DNA of 64,000 nt from the human T2T-CHM13v2.0 reference genome, Homo sapiens (GCA_009914755.4 CP086569.2:2656001-2720000), one strand, 5' to 3'. Counted from the first letter of the stretch, positions 15,500 through 27,659 are shown. Numbers and translations: made by a program. The notes: generated by a model not told the origin, from the sequence alone.

Positions 15500-15726
15500 A
15501 CAGGCTGGAGTACAGTGGAGTGATCACAGCTCACTGTAGCCTTGACCTCCCAGGTTCAAGAGATCCTCTCACCTCAGCCTAGCTGCTTATGTTGGCTAAT
15601 TTATTATTATTTTTAAGAATTTTTTTGTAGAAATGGGGGTCTCACTATGTTTCTCAGGCTGGTCTCAAGCTATCCTCCTGCCTCTGCCTTGCAAAGTGGT
15701 GGGATTACAGATGTGAGCCACCACAA
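15500..15726 (-). mobile_element. Alu SINE, truncated and old
   Basis: caggctggagtacagtggagtgatcacagctcactgtagccttgacctcccaggttcaag... ending in gatgtgagccaccaca. Confidence 0.8.
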
Positions 15727-16479
15727 AAGCTGTTTTTCTTTATTTTTATTTATTTTTTCCTGTCAACTGAAAGTCAGCTTATGGTAAATACATAGGTTTT
15801 TATTCTGTTCCCTTGGTCAGTGTGTCTGTTTATATGCTGTGTCATGCTGCTTTGATTAATATAGTTTGTAATATATTTTGGGTTCTTTTTTTGGTGTTTT
15901 CTCATTAAACTTTGTTTTAATGGTTCTCAAAATGCTGTGACAGATTTTTATTCAAGTTGTTTCAATTAAATAGTACTGGTTTTTAAACCCAGTAACTGAA
16001 AACTGCCATATGCAAAAAAAAAAAAAAAAAATTCAGTGACGAACAAACAACACTCTCCCTACCAGTGACCCATAATACACTCTACTTTCCTTCTCAAGTT
16101 TTATGATGCATTATTTTCATTAATGATTCTTTCATTATTAAACTTAAATGGCCAATTGAAACAAACAGTTCTGAGACTATTCTTCCACCACTGATTAAAA
16201 CTGGGGTAGCAGGTATTAAGGATAACATTCATTTAGCCTTCTGAGACTTTTGGGAAGAACTGAGGACCTTGCCAGCTCCAGCAGCCCTCTTGTCCACTGC
16301 TTTGATGATATACACATCAACTGTCTGTCTCATATCATGAACAGCAAAATGACCCAGAGGATAGTTAGAATAAGTCCACATTCACAGGGGCTTGTCAGGA
16401 ACCCTATCAAGAATGGCAGCATCGCCAGACTTCAATATATATAAGATCATATCATCAGTGAATAGAGATAGTTTCACTT

Positions 16480-17700
16480 ATTTCTTTCCAATTTAGATGA
16501 CATTTATTTATTTTTACCTGATTGCTCTGGCTATCACTTCCCGTACTGTAGTGAATAAGAGTGGTGAGAGTAGACGTCCTTGTCTCATTCCTGATCTTTG
16601 GGGAAAAGCTTCTGAGTATAATGTGGCTGCAAGTTAGTAATATATATGGCCTTTATTGTGTTGAGTTACATTCCTAATTTGTTGAGATTTTTATTATAAA
16701 AAGATGTGGAATTTTGTCAAAGCCTGTCTGCATCTATTGAGATGATCATATGGTTTTGTCCTTCATTCTGTTAATGTTATATATTGCATATATTCATGTG
16801 TATATATTAAACCATTCTTGCATCCCAGGGATAAATCTCAATTGATCATGGCAAATGTTCTTTTAACATGCTGTCTTTTAGTCTGCTAGCATTTGTTTGA
16901 GACAGTTTGCATCTATGTTTATCAGGAATATTGGCCTATATTTTCTTTCCTTGTGATATTCTTGTTTGGCTTGGGTTTAGGGTAATTCTAGCCTTAGAAA
17001 ATAAGTTTGGAAGTATTGCATCTCCTTTAACTTTCTGGACGGGGTTGGCAAGGGATTGGCATTAGTTTTTCTTAAATTATGTGGTAGAATTCACCCAGAA
17101 GCCATCAAATCTTGGGATTTGCTTTGATGAAAGACTTTCTTGTTTTTTGAGACAGGGTCTTGCTCTGTCACCCACATTGGAGTGAAGTGGTGAGATCACT
17201 GCTCACCACAACCTTGATCATGGGAAAGTGTTTATTACTGATTCAGTTTCCTTACTAATAATTTGGTTTGTTCATTTTTTATTTCTTCATGTTCACCTTT
17301 GATAGGTTTTATATTTCTATGAATTTATTCATTTCTTCTATGTTACCTCATTGTTTGGTATAAAATTTTTGGTTTGTAATAGTTTCATAATCTTTGTACC
17401 TTTGTGATATAAGATGTAATGTCCCCTCTTATTTCTGGTTTTATTTATTTTAGTCTTCTTTCATTTTTTTCTTAGTGTAAAGATTTATCAAATTTGCTTA
17501 TTTTTCACTAAGTTAAATCTCAGTTTTGTTAATCTTTTAAAATGTTTTTCTAGTCCTATTTTATTTCTTTTCTCATCTTTCTGCTCTTCTGCTAACTTTT
17601 GGCTTAGATTGTTCTTTTCTAATTTCTTGAGGTAAAACAGTAGGTTCTTATTTGAGATCTTCCTTCTTTTATGATGCAGGTTATCCTTCCTTACACATGA
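16480..17700 (-). mobile_element. Old L1 fragment (ORF2 region) in minus orientation. It contains an ~75-bp antisense Alu fragment at 17143-17219.
   Basis: cccgtactgtagtgaataagagtggtgagag... matches the L1 minus-strand string '...aacactatgttgaataggagtggtgagag'. Further divergent ORF2 N-terminal sequence runs to ~17700. Confidence 0.65.
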
Positions 17701-18340
17701 TCTAACAATTCCAGTTCTGGGTATTTATCCAAGGAAATTGAAATCAGCATGTGGAAGAGTTATCTGCACTTCCATGTTCACTGCAGTCATTATTCATAAT
17801 AGCCAAGATATAAAATCAACTTAAATGTCCATTAACAAATAAAGGAATACAGAAAATGTGGTGTATCTACACAAGGAAATACGATTAAGCCTTTAACAAA
17901 AGGAACTTCTGGCATTTGTGACAGCATAAATAAACCTACTAGCTATTATATTAAGAGAAATAAGGTAGGTACAGAAAGACAAATACTGCATATATTCACT
18001 TATATGTGGAAATATTAAAAATTGAACTTATCAAAGCAGAGAATATAATGGCCTTGGGGTAGGAGCATATAGGCAATGGGCAGACATTGGTCAAGGGCAC
18101 AAAGTATTACTTAGATAAGAGAAATAAGTAATACATTTTATACTATGATAACTGTAGTTAATAATAATGTATACCTTAAAATTGCTAAAAGTAGGTTTTA
18201 AATGTTCTCATAAAAAGAGTAAGTGTGTGAGGTAATGGATATGTTAATAAGCTTAATTTTTCTACAACATACACATGTATGAGAACGTCATTTTGTACTC
18301 CATTAATATACATTTATAACTTGTCAAGAAAAGCTTTATA
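17700..18340 (+). mobile_element. L1 3' end (L1M/L1PB-like) in plus orientation
   Basis: ctgggtatttatccaaggaaattgaaatc...cattattcataatagccaagatataaaatcaacttaaatgtccattaacaaataaaggaatacagaaaatgtggtgtatctacacaaggaaat... This matches the canonical L1 ORF2 C-terminus and 3' UTR. Confidence 0.8.
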
Positions 18341-18556
18341 GATCTACTGCAGAACAGTGTGAATACAGTTAACACTAGTGAACTGTAAACTTAGAAATTA
18401 GTAAAATGTTAAATTGTTTCCCACACTTACAAATACTACAAAGAATTTAATTTTTCTTTAATTATTCAGTGAGTGAAAACTTTCCTCAATTGGACTAGAA
18501 AGTTGGAATTATTTCTATGAAGTAGTTTTAGGTCCAGTAATGTTTAAATCCTGGTG

Positions 18557-20105
18557 TGTCCGGAATTGGTGGGTTCCTGGTCTCACTGACTTCAAGAATG
18601 AAGCCGCGGACCCTCAGTGTTATAGCTCTTAAGGTGGCGCATCTGGAGTCTGTCCCTTCTGATGTTCAGATGTGTTTGGAGTTTCTTCTTTCTGGTGGGT
18701 TTGTGGTCTCGCTGGCTCAGGAGTGAAGCTGCAGACCTCCGCGGTGAGTGTTACAGCTCTTAAGGTAGCGCCTCTGGAGTTGTTCCTTCCTCCCGGTGGG
18801 CTCTTGGTCTCGCTGGGCTCAGGAGTGAAGCTGCAGATCTTCGCGGTGAGTGTTACAGCTCATAAATGCAGTGTGGACCCGAAGAGTGAGCAGTAGCAAG
18901 CTTTATTGCAAAGAACGAAAAAACAAAGCTTCCACACAGTGGAGAGGGACCCTACCAGGTTGCCAATGCTGGCTCGCCAATGCTGGCTCGGGCAGCCTGC
19001 TTTTATTCTCTTATCTGGCCCCACCCGCATCCTGCTGATTGGTAGAGCCGAGTGGCCTGTTTTGTCAGGGTGCTGATTGGTGCGTTTACAATCCTTGAGC
19101 TAGAAACAGAGTGCTGATTGGTGTATTTATAATCCCTGAGCTAGATATAAAGGTTCTCCAAGGCCCCACCAGAGCCGCTAGATACAGAGTGTGGATTGGT
19201 GCACTCACAAACCTTGAGCTAAACACAGGGTGCTGATTGGTGTGTTTACAAACCTTGAGCTAGATACAGAGTGCCGATTGGTGTATTTACAATCCTTGAG
19301 CTAGATATAAAGGTTCTCAACGTCCTCACCAGAGCAGCTAGATACAGAGTGTCGATTGGTGCACTCACAAACCTTGAGCTAAACACAGGGTCCTGATTGG
19401 TGTATTTACAATCCCTGAGCTAGATATAAAGACTCTCCACGTCTCCACCAGACTCAGGAGCCCAGCTGGCTTCACCTAGTGGATCCCGCACCGGGGCTGC
19501 AGGTGGAGCTGCCTGCCAGTCCCGTGCCGTGCGCTCGCATTGCTCAGCCCTTGGGTGGTCGATGGGACTGGGTGCCGTGGAGCAGGGGGTGGTGCTCGTC
19601 CGGGAGGCTCTGGCCGCACAGGAGCTCATGGAGTGGGTGGGAGGCTCAGGCATGGCGGGCTGCAGGTCCCGAGCCCTGCCCCGCGGGAAGGCAGCTAAGG
19701 CCCGGTGAGAAATCGAGCGCAGCGCCGGTGGGCTGGCACTGCTGGGGGACCCAGTACACCCTCCGCAGCCACTGGCCCGGGTGCTAAGTTCCCCACTGCC
19801 CGGGGCCAGCAGGGCTGGCTGGCTGCTCCGAGTGCGGGGCCCACAAAGTCCATGCCCACCCGGAACTCCAGCTGGCACGCAAGCACCGCACGCAGCCCCG
19901 GTTCCCACTCGCGCCTCTCCCTCCACACCTCCCTGCAAGCTGAGGGAGTGGGCTCTGGCCTTGGCCAGCCCAGAAAGGGGCTCCCACAGTGCAGTGGGGG
20001 GACTGAAGGGCTCCTCAAATGCCACCAAAGTGGGAGCCCAGGCAGGGGAGGTGCCGAGAGCAAGTGAGGGCTCTGAGGACTGCCAGCGCGCTGTTACCTC
20101 TCACT
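18557..20105 (+). mobile_element. Solo LTR12 (HERV9/ERV9 LTR, LTR12C/D-like), about 1.55 kb, in plus orientation
   Basis: Starts with tgtccggaattggtgggttcctggtctcactgacttcaagaatgaagccgcggaccc. The U3 region has tandem 'tgctgattggtg(t/c)atttacaa(a/t)ccttgagctagat/acacag' enhancer repeats. It has the GC-rich '...cagctggcttcacctagtggatcccgcaccggggctgcaggtggagctgcctgccagtcccg...' body and ends in ...cgctgttacctctca. No internal HERV9 sequence adjoins it. Confidence 0.85.
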
Positions 20106-20828
20106 GGCACACAGGATTCTGCAGAGGTAGTTTAAACAGGGTTCAGTACAATGAAACCGTAAGGTGGTCGTGGATAGTTATAGCATGATGGGAGAAAATA
20201 ATCCTACATGTGCACACCTAGCCATATCAGCTGCCTTTTTTTTCTTGGTTCATTATTTTTTTCATACTCTTTTTTTTAGTTAGCAGCAGGCTTTTGATCA
20301 CTTTGGCATATTAGATTTGTGGATAGTATTCATTTGAAAATGTATAATGTGGGAAAAAGGTATAAACATGAATACTCTTCAGTATGTTGTTTTATAAATA
20401 TGAGAATTGAGGCTGCCAGTTAAAGTCACATAGTGGTTGATATTGTAGTAAAGCCACATTCTTTATTTCCCCCAACTTTGGACCTTCTCACCGATTATTT
20501 TTATCTGACACTTAGAAGCAAATTACTTTACGTCGACAATATTACACATGTATACCGTGAAAGCTGTCAGATTAAAAATGGAGTCCCTAATGTTAAAAAA
20601 AAATTCCTAACAAATGGAGCCAGGAAAGGCCAGGAATATAGGTACTTGTATGCCTGATAGCAAAGAAGACTCTACAAAACTCTACAACCTTGCACAATGT
20701 CCATCACAAACTATTAGTCCATTTAAGTGGTCTTATTTAAACTAATTTCAAGCCCGTTTAAACTACTATGCAGAATTCTGGATACCAGGATTTAAAGGTT
20801 ATTGGACCAAGTGATTGTTAGTATCACT

Positions 20829-21236
20829 ATTAGTCTGTTCTCATATTGCTATAAAGAAATGTCTGAGACTGGGTAATTTATAAAGAACAGAGGTTTAATT
20901 GGTTCACAGTTCTCCAGGCTGCACAGGAAGCATGGAAACATGTGCTTCTGGGGAGGCCTCAGGGAGCTTTAACTCATGGCAGAAGGCAAAGCAGATACAA
21001 GTGTCTCACATGGCTGGAGCAGGATCCAGAGAGAGAGGGGAAAGTGGCACACACTTTTAAACAACCATATCACAGGAGAGCTCACTATCAGAATGACAGC
21101 ACCAAAGGGGGATTGTGAGCAACTGCCCCCATGATCCAATCACCCCCAAAAAGGGCCCTTGCTTCAATACTGAAGATTTCAATTCAGTGTGAGATTTGGG
21201 TGGGAACACAGATCGGAACCATATCACAAACTTACA
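20829..21236 (-). mobile_element. MaLR LTR (THE1/MST-like) in minus orientation
   Basis: Reverse complement of the THE1/MST consensus: the segment begins ...tattagtctgttctcatattgctataaagaaatgtctgagactgggtaatttataaag and ends ...gtgagatttgggtgggaacacagatcggaaccatatca (consensus 5' end TGATATGGTTTGGCTGTGTCCCCACCCAAATCTCA). Confidence 0.75.
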
Positions 21237-21623
21237 AAAAAAATTTCCACAAAAAAATTTCCACAAGACATCTGCCAACAACTGCCTATTCAACCTCAGA
21301 CTAGCATTATGTTTGTTACTTTTCTTTCTGACTTACCCACACACCTGTGTTACTGATCTTTGTAGCCAGGGATAGTTATTTCATAACAGTTATGTAATCC
21401 TCCTCATTTACTACTTTAAAGCTCCTTTGTCTTCCTTTACTGCTCTGAATGTGCACCTAGTTTACTATAGCTTGTGCATTGCTTGCAATTTTCCTTTTCC
21501 AAATAAACACCTTTTCTTTTAAAGAGTCTCTGTGTTTGTTTTTTTAGGTTTACACTACAATATGTTGCGTTTTAGATCATTGGTAAATAGTACACAGAAA
21601 TTCTGCAAAAAAGGAAAAGTTGA

Positions 21624-21702
21624 ATTTGAACTCCTGGCTTCAAGTGATCCGTCTGCCTTGGCCTCCGAAAGTGCTGGGATTACAGTGTGAGCCACTGTGC
21701 CA
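21624..21702 (-). mobile_element. Alu fragment (3' portion only)
   Basis: ttgaactcctggcttcaagtgatccgtctgccttggcctccgaaagtgctgggattacagtgtgagccactgtgcc. Confidence 0.75.
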
Positions 21703-22009
21703 GAGGTGCCTATCTAAATTGCTGCTATTTAACAGCGTACTGGAAATTTAAGGCAGGTCAATTGGCAAGGAAAAAATAACAGGCATCTAAATTGTAAAAG
21801 ATTAATGAAATCATCTTAATTTGCTAATGACGTAAACCTTTATGTTGAAAACATAAAGATTACACAAAAAAATACACAAACTGTTAGACATTCAGTACAT
21901 ACAAATAAGTCATATTTTCATATATTGGCACTGAATAATCTGAAAAGGAAATTAAGAAAATAATCCTATTTAAAATAGAATCCAAAAGAATAAAATACTT
22001 CAGAATATC

Positions 22010-22302
<293 letters not shown>

Positions 22303-23277
22303 AAATAAAAAATATGTAAGCTGGACAAAATTAGAAACTTCTGAATACCTAAAAACACTACCAACAGAGTGAAAAGGCAATCCACAAATAGGGAAAATAT
22401 CTGTCAATCATATATCTGATAAGAAACTAATATCCAGAATATATAAATAACTCCTACAACTCAACAAGAAAAACCAATTAAAAATAGGCTAAGGGTTTGA
22501 ATGGACATTTCTCACCAAAGAAGATATACAAATCATCAATAAGCACATGAAAAGATTCTCAACATCATTGTCCATTAGGGAAATGCAGATTAAAGCTACA
22601 ACGAGATACCATTTCATACAAATTAATACTTACTTTTAAGAGCAAATAAGTGTTGGGAAAAATGTGGAGAAAATGGATATTATGAATTGCTAGTGAAAGT
22701 ACAAAATGGTGCAGCTGATGTGGAAAATGATTCAGCAATTCCAAGATTACATATATACCCCAAATAATTGAAAGCCTGGCTCACAGATATTTGGACATAA
22801 ATATTTATGGCAAGAGTATGCACAACTGCAAAAGGTGGAAACAATTCACATTTCCATTAAGAGATGAACGGATAAACAAAATATGAAATATACTTAAAAT
22901 GGAATGTTATTCAGCCTTAAAATAGAATACAATTCTGACATATGCTACAACTGGACTTACAGTAAAAACAGTGTTAAGTAAAATAAGCCAGACATAAAAG
23001 AACAAATACAGCATGATTCTGTCTATATGAAGTCCCTGGAATAGTCAAATTCAGGGAGACAGTATGTAGATGATGGTTGACAGGACTGTGGGGAGGGGAA
23101 AATAGGGAGAAGTTGTTTTAATAGGTATAGCATTTCTGTTTTACAAGATAAAGTTCTAGAAACAGGTTACATCAACAATGTGAAGGCATTTAAAAGTACT
23201 GAATTGTACACTTAAAAATGATTATCGTGGAAAATTTTATGTTATGAGCAGTTCATCATAATAATAATTTAAAAAGG
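22303..23277 (+). mobile_element. L1 3' end (L1M-like) in plus orientation
   Basis: ...gggaaatgcagattaaagctacaacgagataccatttcatac...agtgttgggaaaaatgtggagaaaatgg...tgtacacttaaaaatgattatcgtggaaaattttatgttatg; canonical L1 ORF2 C-terminus and 3' UTR. Confidence 0.8.
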
Positions 23278-23589
23278 CCCAATTTTCTTTCTAAGTAGAT
23301 TAATGATGAAAAATACCAGGCAATGGAATTATTTAGGAGGACTCTGCTGCTATAAGAGTTTCTTGTTACTTTGTTTCTGTTTCCTAGTACTGGCTGTTAG
23401 CTTTGAGACTGACTTTTGCACTCCAACAGTTAGAATTAGTCATAATGACTTTCTGGTATCAGCTAGACACTCACCTTTAGCCTCACTTAGGGTTTCCAAG
23501 ATGAATCTGTCCATAGGTTTAGATTCACTCCCTCTGCTTCCAACTTTGTTCTGCTGGACTCTTCTACTGTGAAGGTAAAGCTTGTTGTT

Positions 23590-24155
23590 TCTTGCTCATG
23601 AAGCAGGAAATATAAGAAAAACAAGTAAAAAGAAAAACAAGTCCTTCCCTGACCAGGCTGACTCACTCCAAAGTCCAGCTACAGCTGTGATAACATTACC
23701 TGCAAGGCCAGGTAGGGGCCCTGAAGAAATGGGTTCCAAAAACAGGGACAAGAGAAACAAGTTCTTATCAGTGTCTTCCTGAAATTCTCTACCCATGCCA
23801 TCATTCTTTGTTCTGCTTGTATAACTATTTTTGTAACTATTTCTGCAAGTTTGCAAGGATTTTGTAAGGTCCTGTTTTTCCCATCTGTGCAGGATGGCAA
23901 AGGTCACAAGACATGCCTGAGTTACAAGACCTGTCACAGTTTAACTGCGTTTGTTCTGCTTCTGTAAGCTTGCTTTCCCCACCCCACAAGTTTTGCACCA
24001 CAGGCCAACACCCTTTGGTCACATGAATAAAAGTCAAGCCCTTTCTTTGCTCATTGCTCAGCCTCTGGGTATTAATCTGCTGAGCTGGTGGCCACCTAAA
24101 TACAATCGTCCTGTTCCCCTCATTGGTCTCTCCGGTCTCCTGATTCCAGCCACAT
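23590..24155 (+). mobile_element. HERV 5' LTR. The 3' boundary is well supported. The 5' boundary is uncertain and may lie as far upstream as ~23303.
   Basis: Homology to the 3' LTR runs 23755-24152. A poly(A) signal aataaaagtcaag lies at ~24025. A PBS-like TGGTGAGCCAGCCAGGAGTG begins at ~24158 right after ...tgattccagccaca. Confidence 0.6.
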
Positions 24156-24931
24156 TTTGGTGAGCCAGCCAGGAGTGAAGACGACAGGTTTGCTGTCTCC
24201 TTTGCCTGTGGGTCTGGGGCCCCAGCCTGGGGGAGACCCGTGACTCCAGGCATGCTATCAGGACAACTTCAACCCGAGGGGAGATCAGCTCTCCCGCAAC
24301 CTGGTGCCGCTCTCTGACAGCACAACAGAACCTAAGGGGCTACAGGATGATTCAAGGAACAGTGTGCTACAGGACCTCGGTAAGGTTTGGGCCCGAGGCA
24401 AGACCTGTCCCATGACAGAAGGGGAGCCTCATCACCTCCCAGGGTATACCTAGTAATATGACCCAGGATGCAAGAGTGGCTCGCAAATTTGGAAGAAACC
24501 TACACCCCAACCAACCCAGGACACAAAAGTGGCTTGCTAAGTCAGTTAAGAAACGAAACCGGGAGTGGGGAGGTGTGTGAATGTGTGTGAAACAGACGAT
24601 TCCAAAAGGAACCAACGTGGGGAATGGTGTGTGTGGAGCCACAGGTCTCTTAGCATAGACTGTATGCTAGGGAGGTGCCCCACAGTTTAGTGATTGTGGT
24701 GGTCTGGGTTTGGGACTCAAACCCTCCTTTAAAGCTTAGCAGTGTCTGAAATACTCCTGTGAGGGAGACAGTCTAATCGGTCTGAAGTGAAAGTAAAACA
24801 GTGAGTGAATTGTGCTGTAAATGGGAGGAAATGGGAGGGAAGTTGTTGAAACCCACCCCATTAGAATGCATGTTAAACAACTTTAAGAAAGATTATGTGG
24901 GGGATTATGGGATCAAGTTGACCCCCAGAGG

Positions 24932-26401
24932 TTGAGAACTGTCTGTGAAATAGAGTGGTCCTCTTTCAGTATTGGATGGCCGGCCGAAGGAACTATAGAT
25001 GGGGAAATAATTGGCTGTGTATTTAAGGTGGTGACTGAGGTCGGAGGACAGCCTGGACTTCCAGGCCAATTTCCTTATATTGACTCACGGCTGAATATAA
25101 TTCAAACTCGACCTGTATGGCTAGAGCCCTGCCTGGCAGCTTATTGCAGAACACTGGTAGCTCGAGCTGAGCCAAAAGTGAAAGAGAATTCAGCTTTACT
25201 GTCAGCTACAAACAGAAAGGAAAAACCACAAGAAAAACCAGTTTTGCAGGAACCACCAGCGGAAATAGAAACCCCTCTCCCCTATGCACCAATCTATCCA
25301 CCTTTACCAAGCCTGGCCCAATAGCAGCCAGACTCAGATGATGATACACCTCAGGCTAACCCCAAAGTGTGAAATCTGAGCCCTTGCCCCAGGAGGTCAA
25401 GGAGGAAGGTCAAAATGATCAAGCAGGCCGCCTTTAATCTGGCTGCAAGAGCTTTGCAGATGCCTCTCTGAGAAACTTGGGGACCCATGTATTATGATGA
25501 ACAGGGCCAGGTCCAAGGGTGGGCAACCAACTTTCATTTATCACCCTTTTTCAACTATTGATCTCCTAAACTGGAAACACCATACTCCCTCCTACATGGA
25601 GAAGCCCCAAGCTCTCACAAAATCTGATGCAGTCTATTTTTGAGACACACAATCCAACTTGGCCAGACTGCAAACAGCTTTTCCTGATGCTGTTCAACAC
25701 CAAGGAATGCTGAAGGGTGACCTAGGTAGCCCACCAGTGGCTAGAAAACAATGCACTGGAAGGCACCCTTAATGTCCTGGCATATGCACAGGGCCAGTTC
25801 CCAGAAGCAGACCCGCACTGGGACCCAAACAAGGAAGCCCAACTACAGCAACTGCAGAGGTACCAAGAGGCACTCCTGCAAGTTTTGAGAAAAGGAGAGA
25901 AAAAGGCATTCAATATGGGAAACATTTCAGAGGTGCTTCAGAGAGCAGATGAAAGCTGTAGCCAGTTTTATGAGAGACTCTATGAGGCCTTCCAGCTTTG
26001 CAGTCCATTTGACCCTGAGGCTACTGAGAACCAGTGCATGGTAAACGCAGTGTTTGTAGGGCAAACCCAGGGAGACATCAGGCGAAAGCTGCAAAAGCTA
26101 GAGTGTTTCACTGGCATGAATGTCACTCAGGTTTTAGAAGTGGCCACCAAGGTGTACACTAACTGTGAGGAGGAGACTCAGGGAAAAGGCCAATTTGCTG
26201 GTGGCAGCACTTATGGAAAGGGGGGCGAATGTCCCAAGACGAAGTGGATGTAGGTGCGGACAAGGAAGAGGTCAAATCAGGCAAAGACCCGAGGATCAGG
26301 CAGCACTAGATAGGGACCAGTGTGTGGGGTGCAAGAAGAAAGGACACTGGAAGAATGAATGTCCAGAGGGTGATGAGGGAGAGGTGGAAGTAGGGGCCTA
26401 A
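24932..26401 (+). pseudogene. HERV gag pseudogene (MA-CA-NC), disrupted by frameshifts
   Basis: Three ORFs in different frames (24932..25324, 25885..26253, 26165..26401) encode recognisable matrix, capsid (QGDIRRKLQKLE) and nucleocapsid zinc-knuckle segments. Confidence 0.75.
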
Positions 26402-26409
26402 GGGGCCAT

Positions 26410-27185
26410 AACTTTAAGCCTGCCACCATCCTGAATATATGGTGTTAACTCTTGATGTCCCACAGGTGGAAGAATGGAGGCTGTATGCAGAAGGGTTGTC
26501 AAAGCTGGGGCTAGATGAGCTGTATGGGTGCCTAGTAAAATTCGTAGAGTGTGGGCTGAAGATAATGCCCCTACCCTCGCTGTGAACCAGATACAAAAGA
26601 TAGTAGAACTAAAATCAGGAGAAACACTGGTTCGGTTTCGTTATTACCCACTTCCCTGAGAAGCAATACATGGCATTCAAGGGCATTTGAAGTGGCAATT
26701 AGAACACAGGATCTTGGCCCGATGACAGTCACTGTAGAACACTCTCCTTTTGCCAGTGCAGAAACTGGGGACTAATGAATATAGACTGGTGCAGGACCTA
26801 CCTGTTGCAAACCAAGCCCCTGAGGATTCAGGAAGTGGAAGCTACACATAGCTTACTGGCTGCAAAGCTAAGGAAAAGTGGAGCACATGAACTGGACACT
26901 CCAGCAGCTATTAAAGAAATATTGCCAAGAAACACATCTAAGATGGGATCAGATCCTGCCCATGGTCCTCCTCTGAATCAGGTGCACTTGCACCAAACTG
27001 GGTATTCGCCCTATGAGATCTTGTTCGGCCGGCCACTCCCAATCATAGGTCAAATTAAGGGTGATCTCTGTGAGCTAGGAGAATTGTCCTTAAGAAGGCA
27101 AATGCAGGCCTTAGGGAAAGCCATGCAAGAAGTCCATGGCTGGGTATGGGAAAGAACAGCCATAGGACTAACAAGATCAGGGAGA
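26410..27185 (+). pseudogene. HERV pol remnants: protease region, the extreme N-terminus of RT, then a deletion joining to the integrase C-terminal domain
   Basis: 'EYRLVQDL' RT motif at ~26775-26830. 'YSPYEILFGRP' integrase motif at ~27000-27040, inside ORF 26775..27302 that reads into the 3' LTR. Confidence 0.65.
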
Positions 27186-27615
27186 AGAAAAACAAGTTCT
27201 TTTCAATCTCTCCCTGAAATTCTCTCCCCATGCCATCATTCTTTGTTCTGCTTGTATAACTATTTTTGTAACTACTTCTGCAAGTTTGCAAGGATTTTGT
27301 AAGGTCCTGTTTTTCCCATCTGTGCAGGATGGCAAAGGTCACAAGACATGCCTGAGTTACAAGACCTGTCACAGTTTGATTAACTGCGTTTGTTCTGCTT
27401 CTGTAAGCTTGCTTTCCCCACCCCACAAGTTTTGCACCACAGGCCAACACCCTTTGGTCTCATGAATAAAAGTCAAGCCCTTTCTTTGTTCATTGCTCAG
27501 CCTCTGGGTATTAATCTGCTGAGCTGGTGGCCACCTAAATACAATCGTCCTGTTCCCCTCACTGGTCTCTCCAGTGTCCTGATTCCCACAACAGTGTCCT
27601 GATTCCCACAACACT
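27186..27615 (+). mobile_element. HERV 3' LTR, 5'-truncated relative to the 5' LTR, with a 21-bp internal duplication near its 3' end
   Basis: Near-identical to 23755-24155. 'cagtgtcctgattcccacaac' occurs twice in tandem at ~27578-27618. Confidence 0.7.
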
Positions 27616-27659
27616 GACAATCAAGGCAACATAATGCTGTTGACTGAAGGCATGTCCTA

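Larger units (their letters stand above)
23590..27620 (+). mobile_element. Class-I (gammaretrovirus-like, ERV1) HERV provirus with large internal deletions. It comprises a 5' LTR, leader, gag, the start of pol, the integrase C-terminus and a 3' LTR. The family is not assigned; the gag capsid resembles HERV-H/W/F-type.
   Basis: Two ~400-bp direct repeats about 92% identical lie at 23755-24155 and 27190-27615. Both carry AATAAAAGTCAAGCCC. Between them, gag-MA is ORF 24932..25324; gag-CA reads '...VFVGQTQGDIRRKLQKLE' (25885..26253); the NC CCHC knuckle reads 'CVGCKKKGHWKNECP' (26165..26401). The RT N-terminal motif 'NEYRLVQDLPVAN' is at ~26775-26830. It is joined directly to the integrase C-terminus 'GYSPYEILFGRPLP...LQALGKAMQEVHGWVWE' (~26950-27175). 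Confidence 0.8.

Noticed and set aside
19420-20188. Cluster of long overlapping ORFs on both strands (202, 135, 122, 120 and 102 aa)
   Set aside because: They lie entirely inside the GC-rich R/U5 part of the solo LTR12. The overlapping open frames on both strands are the expected artefact of GC-rich, stop-codon-poor sequence. No protein-like periodicity or domain motif is visible.
21237-21290. Short duplication 'aaaaaaatttccacaaaaaaatttccacaag' after the MaLR LTR
   Set aside because: It is an A-rich slippage product at an LTR boundary and too short and simple to be meaningful.
24932-27302. HERV gag/pol/integrase ORFs as possibly intact retroviral genes
   Set aside because: gag is in three different frames. 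pol is reduced to the first ~15 residues of RT fused to the integrase C-terminus. env is absent.
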